Shown here one piece after another: positions 37,152 through 48,530 of a stretch of 64,000 nucleotides of DNA. Below the pieces are notes generated by a model. That model was given only the letters and a program-made list of their open reading frames with translations. It searched no databases and was not told the origin of the DNA. Position 1 is the first letter of the stretch. Each line of letters begins with the position of its first letter. Made by a program: the position numbers and the translations under genes. Origin of the DNA: Callorhinchus milii (Eukaryota); assembly GCF_018977255.1 (NCBI RefSeq), contig NW_024704743.1, positions 103,480,001 through 103,544,000 on the forward strand. The letters run 5' to 3'.

Positions 37152-40100
37152 TACAAGACAAACAAGCAAAATGCCTTTTTATTGGTTGGGGGATGTGGCT
37201 TAAAATTATATCCACAATTTTTGGCAATGGAGAGGTTATTGTTCCAAAATGATTTAGAATTGGGTGAGAATTCTACCCTATAATTTCCGATCTCTGTTGC
37301 CTTTCATGCATAAGCTGACACAGGGCTGTCTAAAAATGACATGAATTGAGACGATATCTTTATTGCCTTGGGTCGTCCTCCCAGCATGAAAAGCGCTATG
37401 TAATTGTAATGTTACATTGTATTTATCCACCAATGTTGCTATTCGAATAGTCAGCTCAATTAATCTACTGTCTTTTACACAACAGCTTGTGGGGTGGATT
37501 CCTGAAAGGATGAAATCAGATGGACCCAAGGGACTTCTTCATCTGAACTAATCTTTGGATTTTGTAATCTTGTGATCTGCATTTTGAAACTCTCTTGAAT
37601 GCATCTTGAAACATGCTTAAGGAGAATTCTTGCTTTTAATAATGGCTTTGACATTATTAAATACTTTATTCTGCTATTTTCTGATGTCAATACTTTTGTC
37701 ATTTGTAAGCTAAAAGATGTGATTAATTCGTAGCTGGACTTTATTTAGCATTTGCTTGAATTACAAATAAGTTCAATTTATGAAACAAAAGACATTACAA
37801 ATAATATCTTATTTTTATATTTTTAATTGTTAATAAAATGCTGAATATGTTTTTTATTTCAGTTTTGTTGGAATCAAATAGCAATTCACAAGGTGTTGAT
37901 TTGATTATTTTTGTTTCAACTGAAAAGATTTTGCTACAGTTAATTACTTTCGGAGTGAGAATGAATGATTTTCTTTTTAGGGGTGAAATTAACACATCAA
38001 AAGATATAAAATATGGGTATTTAAAAAGCTGACACTCAGTAACCACACACATTTCCCCTCAACAGCTACTTCTGGACATAAGGACATAAGTGTATCTGAT
38101 TTCATGATGAGGGAAAAGTGCTTCTCAGACCAACAGCTGGTAAAATGTGGTTCATTGTTTTTTCTGTAAAGAATTCTGTGTTTGTAAAGCTGACTCATGC
38201 TCATAATTTAACAAGTTTGGTTCACATGAAGTCGTTCTTTCAGACCATCTGATCTCATCCTTCCAAAATTCCCACCTCACAGTCCTCTGATCACAGCACT
38301 GTACTATTTCTTAAAGGAGTCCAGTGTCCTGGCAATAACATTTCCTGTAATCCTGTTCCAGTTGTTAATCACTCTCTAGGTAAAGAAACACTTCCTGGCA
38401 TTTGACCCGACACTGCCCTCTGCTACACTGAATCTGAGCCCTCTTGTTCTGTGACTTGGCATATCTGAAAATATTGTCATTTAATTCATAGTTGTTTGTG
38501 CAACATTACTGTATACAAATTGGCTGCCACATTTGCCTACAAAATATGTTTTATCAAATACAAGGATTATTATTATTATTATTAGCTCCCCATGGTAGTG
38601 CAGTTAAGATCAGCAGCTCAATTGTTTGAGGATTGAGTTTGTTTCTTATCTCTTTAAAATACGCCAGAGACTTGCTAAACATGAACCTTATTATGACACT
38701 TTATGTGGAGGTTATGAAAGATTCTGCAGCATGCATTTTCCAGGTAGATTTTCTAGTGAATAATTGTCTGAAACCTGTCTACCAACTTCTCTTTATGCTG
38801 TTTCAATGGACCTGCACGGTAATCAAATTCAGTATAATGTCTTCATGTAACCATGGAAAAGACGATGGATGCTCATAATTTCAATACCTCTCACTGCACA
38901 AGATATTTTAGTTTCCACTTGACTAGAAACCACTTGTGATTTTAAATACATTTCACCATTTTTGCTGTTAAATGTTCACCCAGTAATCTTATACACCTTA
39001 CAAATACAGTAAATTGCACATACAGAGAAGGCCAAATACAGTCAAATGCATATTTCCAGTTCTATCAAGACCTTTCTGTTCATCTGATCACTCTCTGAAG
39101 TTATTGAAAAACTGAACTGAGTTTCTTTGAAGATCATTTTCTAACCTAATAATCCAAAGTTTCTGTTTTCTACATGCTTATCCCTGCCTCAGTTGTTAGC
39201 ACTCTGGATTCTGAGTGAGATGTGTGTAGATTCTAGTCCCACATCAGGACTGTTAACACACCAGTCCTGAGCGCCAATGACATAATCAAAGAACAGTGCT
39301 GGAGTACTGTACTGTATTGATAGAGTCGCTGTTCTTTAGATGAAATGTGGAACCGAGGTCCAGTCTGTCTACTCCTATGAGCCCTAAAGACCACATAAAC
39401 CTACTCGATAAAAAGACAATTTTTATAATCTAGTTTAAATTTTAAAAAATGTAGCACTACCTTTTTTTTATCAATGATTGAAAATGTATTAATAGGGCCC
39501 ATATTGTTGAACTCAGTGCTTTGAGATAAGGGAAAAAAATTGAATTGAGATTCAGTCTCCTGATTACTATCCAGTGACTCTTGGAAAGTGTGTGGTGATT
39601 AAGGGTGATAAGAGCAAACTTAACTGTGGTGTCTCACAATTGATTATATCACTGATGCTCGCTCAGACACAGAGAATTTAGACACTTTAGCAAGTTCCCA
39701 ATGATTGCATGATGCTTAAATATCTAGGCATCTAGATTATCATAAGCTCCCCATGGTGCATTAGCTTTGGGGCTCAAAATTCCATCTGGTTTTAGTCTGA
39801 AAATCTATTGTCTTAACAGACAGATTCTTCACCTGTATCTTAATTTGTTAGTCAGCTTTCTGTGGTTCTTATAAATAGCTGTGCAAAAACTAGTGTCAAA
39901 ATTGAGATTGAATTTACGAATCTGCCAAAATTCTACACAATGTGATTTTTTAAGACAATTATTGCATAAAGGCTAAAATTTGGGTTACAAGACGGGATCA
40001 GAAATTAGAAATCTCAGGAGCTCTTAGTTGTATTCCACTCATACACACAAGCATTCAAGTATCCACTCACTTGTGATGCAAATGAGCGGGATAGACATTA

Positions 40101-40250
40101 TCATGTAATTGGAGGGCTTTTATCGGGCCATTCAGCAATTCAAACCATACTATTACAGCACCACCTGTGTTGATAATAATAATGATTCTTGCATTTGGTG
40201 TAGAGCCTTATCATATCCTTGAGATGTCTCAAAGAATTTCAAAGGATATA

Positions 40251-40385
40251 CTGACGAAAGTTCATTGACCTTAAATGTTAACTAGTTTTCCTCTCTCCCT
40301 AGATGCTGTCTGACCTGTTGTGTGGTCCCAGCAATTTCTGTGTTTATACCAGATTTCCAGCATCAGCAGTACTTTGCCTTTAGTT
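40251..40385. mobile_element. Penelope-like/MITE half element inserted in a SINE tail
   Basis: ctgacgaaag..cagatttccagcat..ttgcctttt; flanking tatactg duplicated; host SINE tail continues on both sides. Confidence 0.6.
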
Positions 40386-41089
40386 AAAGCGTATACTGTT
40401 AAGTGCAGTGACTGTAATTCGAAATGTTTCCATATGGCAAGACACCATGAGAATGACCCTGCTCAGTCTTTGTAAAGTGCTTTGAGATGTTCTCCCAAAG
40501 GGAACATTTTATTATAAGTGTATATTGTTGTTTATCAATGTAATTTAACAGTAGACAGGTAAATTTGCCATGTTACACCATCAATAACTTGCATGTATTT
40601 ACAGTAAAACTTACATAAGTCATCTCGGTCGAGCCCATAACATTTAATATGCCTTACGCAAAGTCCAAGTTGCAGACAAATTGTATAAATCATATAAAAT
40701 ATGATTTATTCAATAATCTACACTGTGCATGGATAATTCAATGCAGCTGGTATGTTTCGTGGAAGACATGATAAGGCCTGAAATCAAATGCAAAGATTAT
40801 TATTATTATGTGTGCATGTGGTAGTTTGTCACTACAGCCAGTAAGTGCACATGCAATGATGGGTCAAGACTCCATTCCATTCAATCATCTTGACCTATTG
40901 CCACATGTGCGTGTACCGGTAAGCATTCGAATTGCATTGAATTGCAGGAAATGATTTCTTCTGCGCGTGCATTAACGGATCAAGACTACGTTTTCTACGA
41001 TGTAGTGCAAATAAATCTAAGTGGTTTTGATAGAACCTGAATGGGCTTGGTAAATGTATGATTTAGGTGATTATACAATTTATAAAGAT

Positions 41090-41367
41090 AACAACAACAA
41101 ATTACATTGTTTTACAATTACAGTGCTTTTCACATCGAGAGGACGTCCCAAGGTGCTGAACAATCAGGAATTTGGATCCGAGCTGGGGGTTGGGATCAGG
41201 AGGGGTGGAGGACAGGGAGTTTCGGAGGTTGGTCGAAGCTGCGGTCGAAGAGGAAGGTCTTGAGACGTGCCTTGAAGGAGGCAAGGGAGGGAGAAAAGCA
41301 AAGGGACTCTGGGATAGAGTTCCAAAGGATGGGGGCAGAGAGGCTGACGGCCTGACCGCCAATGGTG
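41090..41367 (-). mobile_element. L2 3' end
   Basis: APILWNSIP..FKARLKTFLF; tail stem-loop. Confidence 0.88.
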
Positions 41368-42249
41368 AGACTTATAAAATAAGATTTATGCAAGTTTTAC
41401 TGGAATAATCCTTACATGTGATACAGAGCCTTTCATGTCGGGGCGACATCTCACGGCGCTTCACAGGATTCACTGTAAAGTGTTGTGACAGTGTACTTGT
41501 AGATGATACAGCAGATGTTCATCCAGATGTAATATTTTATTTGTTACCCAATGATATTGTGCTCTCTTCTATTTTCTAACCTGGGAATTTTCTTGCAAGA
41601 TTGGTAAAATCCCTTTTTAAGGGTGTTACGAATCATGTAACGGAAGATATAATGACAGCTTTGATAGTACTTATACAACAATGTACATATATATCGTACA
41701 TTTCATTCTGGGAAGACATCTCAAAGTGCTTCACACAACTCACTGCAAGCCTCAGTTGGGACATGGTCAGAAAGATGAATCATAAGTCAGGTTTTGAAGG
41801 CTAGAGGAATCCAGGATGGAGTTCCAGAGAGTGGGGGCAGATAATGAAGATTCAGGCAAGGGACAGGAAGCAAGTTGTATTTATGTGCAAAGTGGGCAGC
41901 CGGGGGAGTAGAGTCACAGGTGATTAGAGCGGTTGATTGAGGCAAAGCTTGGAGGGATTTGAAAGTACACATAGCATATATCCAGTACTGAGCAGTATGG
42001 TCAATGAGGTTGTTAATGCTTATAACAAGAGGATGCTTTCCAAGTCCTTTCCAGCCGCATAAAGTGGCCTCTGGAACATTTCAATTCTAAGTGCTCATAT
42101 GCAGTAAAATTATATTGCATAAACAAATGTGATTGCTAAGGGGAACCCAATGTTGTTCTTTTTATATCACTAGCTATCAATGCTTGTCAGAAAGAAAATC
42201 TGCTTCTGCTTACAAGGTAACTGAAATAATAATCCTTTCATTTGATGTC

Positions 42250-43735
42250 AATAACAACAACAAAATTACATTTGTATAGTGCCTTTCACGTCGGGCAGAT
42301 GTCCCAAGGTGCTGGACAATCACTGTTTTGGACCTGAGCTGGGGGTCAGGATCAGGGAGGGTGGGGGGCAGGCGGGGAAGGAGGGTGATAGAAGGTACGG
42401 TCGGAGATGCGAGTCTTGAGACTGGTCTTGAAGGAGGCAAGGGAGGAGGCGAGGCAGAGGGACTGCGGAATGGAGTTCAGGAAGGTGGGGGCAGAGTGGC
42501 TGAAGGCCTGCCTGCCAAGGGTGGAGTGGGTAGGGTGGGGGATGTGAAGCAGGCTGGAGCCCCCTGAGTGGAGGGAGCAGGGAAATTGGTAGGGGGTCGC
42601 AGAGGTAGGAGGAGCAAAGCCATGGAGGGCTTTGAAAGTGAGGACCAGGATCTTGAACCGTATCCTCTGAGTGATGGGAAGCTAGTAGAGTCGGGCAAGG
42701 GTGGTGGTGATAAAGTCTGGTGCTGAAGAGGACACGGGCTGCAGAGTTCTGGATGATCTGCAGCCTATGAAGGGAGGAGTTGGGGAAGCCGACAAGCAGG
42801 GAGTTTGCGTAGTCGAGCTTGGATGTTATGAATGCTTGTGTAAGGGTCTCGGCGGCCTGCAGTGTGAAACAATGGCAGAGCGAGGCAATGTTGCGGAGGT
42901 GGGGAAAGGCAGAGCGGATAATGGTACAGATGTGGGATATGAAGGATAATTGAGGTTCAAACAAGACACCGAGATTCCGGATTGGCTCCGTGAGATACAG
43001 AGTACGTCCATGCAGAGAGAATCTGGAATTAAGTTAGAAGATCAGCCATGATCTTATTAAATGGCGGGGCAGACTCAAGGGGCCAAATGACCCACTCCTG
43101 CTCCTATTTCTTATGAGATATGGAGGCGCTGACTGGAGCCAAACAGGAGGGCTTTTGATTCTTATTGGCATTCAACTGCACAAGGTTAGCTCTCATCCAG
43201 GGCTTGATGTCTGTGAGGACAGCAAACGTCCTGGAATCGAGGGTGGAGGCAGAGAGGTAGAGTTGGGTGTCATCTGCATACATGTGGAAGTTGACCCCAT
43301 GTCTGCGGATGAAGTCACCAAGGGGAAATATATAGATATTGAAAAAGAGAGGGCCAAGGACAGAACCCTGAAGGATACCATGCGTGATGGTGCGGGGGCT
43401 GGAGAAGAAGCCATTCATGGCGACAAAGTGGAGATGGTGGGAGAGATAGGATTTGAACCAGGCAAGGGCAGGTCTGCAAAGATTGAGAGGAGAGGCGGTG
43501 GAGGAGGATAGAATGTTCGACAGTGTCAAAGGCAGCAGAGAGGTCAAGGAGGACAAGGAGGCAGAGAGAGCCCAGGTCACAGATGTTTAAAATGTCACAA
43601 GTAACTTTGACCAGGGCTGATTCCGTGCTGTGGGCAGCACAGAAACCTGATTGGAGGGGTTCAGAGAGGGAATGGCGGAAGAGGAAAGAGCGAAGCTGAG
43701 ACATGACGATTCATTCCAAGTCCTTGGAGAGGTAT
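42250..43735 (-). mobile_element. L2 LINE fragment (RT to 3' end) with nested CR1 tail
   Basis: [35 protein letters not shown]. Confidence 0.93.
43025..43115 (+). mobile_element. CR1 family A 3' tail-only insertion
   Basis: gaagatcagccatgatctt..ctcctgctcctatttcttatg, as at 13,700-13,780 and 55,657-55,740. Confidence 0.88.
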
Positions 43736-43899
43736 GTGAAAATATGGTAGGTGTCTCAAAATGCTTCACAAGCATATTGACTGTGTGCTTTATATATGAA
43801 AACGGCAGCTAATTTGACCATAATTTGCTACAAAGTGATTGATCAATTATACCCGGGGCATTGTTGGCCCAGGAACAGGGAGAAACTCTTCTTTCTGAA

Positions 43900-44690
43900 T
43901 AACAACTTGCATTTATATAATGCCCTTCACATGGGGCAGTGTCTCAGAATGCTTAACGGGGTAGAGCTTGACACCGAGTCAGGAGAGGTGGCTGTAAGTA
44001 TGGGCGAAGAAGAAGATGTGATCTGAAAACGGGCAAGGAGGAGACAAAGCAAAGGGATTGAGGCAGAGAGTTCCATAGTTTTGGGGTGTAGTGGCTGAAA
44101 GCATGACCGCTGATGGTGGAGTGGAGGGGACGAGAGGCAAGCAGGAGGCCAGAGCCATCTAAGTGAAGGCAACGGATAGTGGAGTGCAGAGTAAGAAGTT
44201 CGGAGAGGTTGGGAGGTTCCATGGCTTGAAGTGATTTGTACCCCAGTATGAGGATCTTGAAATCGATCTGTTCTGCCATATGGAGCCAGTGGAGCCTGGC
44301 AAGAACTGGATTAATGGGAGTAAGGGTTTGGTGTCGGTGAGGATATGAGCTGTGGAGTTTTTAATTAATTGGATTTTATGAATGGTGGAACTGGAGAGAC
44401 TGACGAGGAGAGCTTTGGAATAATCAAGCCAGGAGGTGACAAATGCACGGATAAGATTGTCAGCTGCACTGGGGTACAGTCAGAGGTAGGCAGTGTGGTA
44501 GAGGTAGAGGAAAGAGGTCCTGGTCAGGGATTGAATGTGGAGTTGGAAGGTCAGCTGGGGATTGAACCTGATGCATAGGTTAAGCACATGTTTGGTAAAT
44601 CTAAGAGGCGGGGAGGTTAAGGAGGTCCTGAGCCACAGGTGAGAAGACATTGACAAGAGCCAAGGAGTATGGCTTCTGTCTTGTCAGTGC
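43900..44690 (-). mobile_element. Older L2 3' fragment
   Basis: [17 protein letters not shown]. Confidence 0.8.
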
Positions 44691-44899
44691 CATAGGATCT
44701 TTAATGTCCACTTGAACAGGCAGATAGGGTCTCAGTTTAGTTTTATGCAAAGGATGGCACCTGCAACAATGCAGCACACCCCACAGAATTATATTGAAGT
44801 ATTAGACTAGACTGTAAGTTCAAAGTCCTGATGTGGGGCTTGAACACACAACCTTCTTTTTCAGAGGCAAGAGTGCTACCAATGAGCCAGGCTAACACC
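44690..44899 (-). mobile_element. Deu-domain SINE 5' half
   Basis: Head and Deu core on the minus strand. Confidence 0.8.
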
Positions 44900-45789
44900 T
44901 CATATATTTTTCCAGTAAGCAGTTTGATCCTTTCCACCACCTATTCAGTGATAGTCATATTAATTCAATGTGATTTATCAGTTTTAACAAACAGGTCTGC
45001 AATAGATACTGATGGTCATGTGTAAGTGGTTTTACATTTCCCAACTTTTAACTAAATATTTATCATTCATTGGTTAGATTCTCGCCAAGGGGAATTCTCC
45101 CAGGAACTGCTTAATGCTGAATTGCAGCCTTTCCAGAATTGCCAAATATAACGTGAATTTCACAGATACATTCCTCTATAATACTTTTAGGCTGATTCAA
45201 CAAAGCTAGTAACTATCAGTTATATGCAGGGTCCAAGGCATTATTTGTAGAAAACAATTAGGTACTTGAATCCTAAGTAATGCATGGGTATGAATCGGGA
45301 TTTTATATACAATGCAACATATATATATGACATATTGCATCTAGATATATATATAATATATAAATACAAACAAAGGTACATATTTGAACTATAGTTCACT
45401 CATTCTGAATTTTAAAAAGAAGCAAAGCATTAAAACGGTCTGCTTTACACCAACGTGGATAGATTGCTAAATTGTGCCTTTGTCTCCAAATTTATGTTAA
45501 CAATGAAATTGACTGTATAGTCTGTGCTGAGCAGTTAAAAAGGAATGGAAATGAGGCAACATTTTTGCTTGGATCAGGGTTTAGTTTTTAATGGTTCTGC
45601 TCGGTTGAGGAATTTGTAACAATAGGAGGGAATAAATTGTTTTTTGCACTTTTGAATTCCATGCTTGAACCATATTTTGTATTTCTGTGTAGTTCACAGA
45701 AACTCTGGTATCAATTCCAGAGAAAACTACAATTGAAGGTGTCTTAACAATAATCTCTAGAGGTTAGAAGATTTCTGAAGTAAGACAAG

Positions 45790-46292
45790 GGGTTGAACAA
45801 CTACAGATTGATATCGTGCAGTTTTTATTCTACAGCCTTCAGTCAGGTGGATATTTCTTGGCACAAAACAGGAAAATATACAAAGTGCTAAATCTTGAAG
45901 GCTCTTTGAGGGAATAGGTTTGACAGGGTCAACAGCCTATTTCCCATTCCATTCTTTCTGTGTTCATAAAAATGGTTGCACATAGACCAAGCAAAGTCAT
46001 CTAGGTAGAAAATGGAAACGTGACTTGACTGAAATATCGACAATTGAGACAAAAAATATTTCCCCCAATGTCATAGCACAACATCACACAAAGTTGTGCT
46101 AGGGAATCAATTACTCAGGCAGTGGATAGTCAGATGCACAGTAACAATTCATCCAAGTAACTGTCTCATTCAAAAGACAGTGAGATCAGTGACCCCATGA
46201 ATATTGTGACTGATAGGTATTGTTCTACTTATCAGTAGAGTGACCAATAGTGTAGACATGTGGAGTTTCTAAACTATAACACTGAAAATAAC
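45790..46292 (+). repeat. Copy 2 of a diverged ~550 bp direct duplication
   Basis: Collinear with 21,180-21,735. Confidence 0.85.
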
Positions 46293-47004
46293 CATTGCCA
46301 CCATACCACAATTAATATTAATAACTTTAAATACTTATGTAGTGACTTTCACATCACAGTTTCAAAAAACCTTACAAAATATAATCAATTATAAATAAAG
46401 CAAATATTATTAAATAGGCAAGCATCGCAAGCAATCTATGCCAACAACATCCCAGAAAACCACAAGAGATAAGAAGCTAATTAATATGAAATATTTGGAG
46501 GTAAATTTGGATTTGGAGGAGAATATGAGCCAGGAAACACAAGGAGAGACTTCCTTAACATAACTTTGAAATAACCATGGCAGTGCATTACATTGATTGA
46601 ATCACAAGACAGACGGAACATAAAATTACTAGTATAATCCAGACATAGTATATTTGCATAGTATAATTCTAGGCAAAGATCTGGAAGTAAATATTGAAAA
46701 CAGATAAAATATAGAAATGCTGTTTTGTAGGCCATCACAGAAGCTCACTCACAAACAAGTTACATTAAAATAAAGGAAGAAGAAAAATAAAGATTGGGGA
46801 ATAAAATTAAAAGCCGGCAGGGGATCTGGGCAGCAGCTAATCCATACAGATGTAATGAATACACAGTATAAGAGTACTAGATGCCTACATCAGATACTAG
46901 TTTATTTGGTTATTTATTTAACAACATGAAAAACATCCCTAAGGTCAGTAGACCTTACTCTTGTTGTGGCCCTCATTGTCCTTTGGGTTGGTTAAAGCTG
47001 TCAG

Positions 47005-47350
47005 AAGCTAATTTGCACACAACAATGTCCCATAAACAGCCTTTGAAGTGAATAACTAATTTTATTTGGGGGATTATTGACCAAGACACCAGCAGAAATC
47101 CCGTCCCCTTTTCCAACAGTGTTATAGGATCTTTACTGACTACTTGAAAAGGCAGACAGGGGACTTGGGTTGAGATCTGGATCAATTGCAAGGAGTATTA
47201 TTATTATGCAGTACCTGCAACAATGCATCACACCCCAGCACTCTATTGGAGTGTCAGCCTAGATTGTGAGTTCAAAGTCCTGATGTGGGGCTTGAACCAT
47301 AAACTTCTGACTCAAAGGCAAGAGTGCTACCAATTGAGACCAGCTGACAC
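47005..47350 (-). mobile_element. Deu-domain SINE
   Basis: Head, Deu core and part of the tail on the minus strand. Confidence 0.8.
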
Positions 47351-48289
47351 AAAACAAAAGCAGCAATAAAAATATAAAGCAATTAGTTGCAAATACGGTG
47401 AAACTCCAGCTAAGTAGGAAAGCAATTTCTCAGGCAGATTTCAGTTGCACAGTAATGCTGAAGGCATGGCAGGTATTTATTTTGTGATACATTACATGAA
47501 TAGCATCCAAAGAAAGGTACTGAAAAGTCTAATGATGCACTGAGTGCAATTTGTTCACACCAACATGTAAATTTATGCTGACAAAAGAAATTAAGCATAA
47601 CTGAAATGTACGCTCTTTTTCATTAGAATTTACTGCTCCATCACTAATGAACACAATTCAGAATAGTATACATGCTATGGCCATTATACAGCAAAGCAGA
47701 GGTTCTGTAGGGGAATAGGAGGCAAGGCTGATTAAAGCCTTCTTCCATAGCTGAGTGATTTCACTACCTCGAGGGCCTTGATTGCAGAACAGAACCTATG
47801 TGCTCATAGACTATAGCCATTGGCATATACAAAAAAATTGAGCGTGCGGCCTTTTTAACATCTTACAAAATCCAAATGGAATTCTTGAAATGCAGGACGC
47901 TGTGGTGTATTGCTGTTCATTTAGATATGAATCAGATCATGTAAATATTAGACACCAGCTGTGAATAGGTATTAGTCAATTCAAGGACAGTAATAACATT
48001 TCTGCTACGAAATAGAAGACTGGAAGAATATGAATAACTGGCTATGCGTGTGTTTTGGGCCAATAACTGATTTGAAGAGCATCATGAATTGTCCAAGTCA
48101 AGCTTGAGCAGTCGATAAAGTTATGTGAGAGCATACTGCAGCTCTCAGAAGATTTAAGGAAGCCATTATCTTTTATAAGAAATACAACTTTGTATGCTGT
48201 ACAATTTCACAAATGTCTGTTGCTCTCTGATAAAATAGCAATAGTTATTTCATATGTGAGCCTAGACAATAAGAATGGTAATTGATTAT

Positions 48290-48530
48290 AAGGGTCATCA
48301 TAGGCGATCTTGTTCTGATATGTACTTGGGCTGATGAATGGCAAATGATGTCTAATACAGATAAATGCAAGGTTCTTTATATAAGTAAAAGTAGGAAACA
48401 CATCTACTGAATGGATGGAATACAACTTGCCGAGGGGAAGCTGAAAGAGATCTAAGGGTGGCAGTTAACTTAGTGCTCACTATGTCAAAATAGTGTGAGG
48501 CAGCAAGACACACGATTTCGGCTATATTAG
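48290..48530 (+). mobile_element. Old CR1 RT fragment
   Basis: WADEWQM..N.DKCKV..ERDLRV reading. Confidence 0.65.

Noticed and set aside
39530..39720. Possible ancient SINE relic (ctcctgattactatccagtgac..ggaaagtgtgtg)
   Set aside because: Resemblance is from recall only; no second copy or clear boundaries in the window
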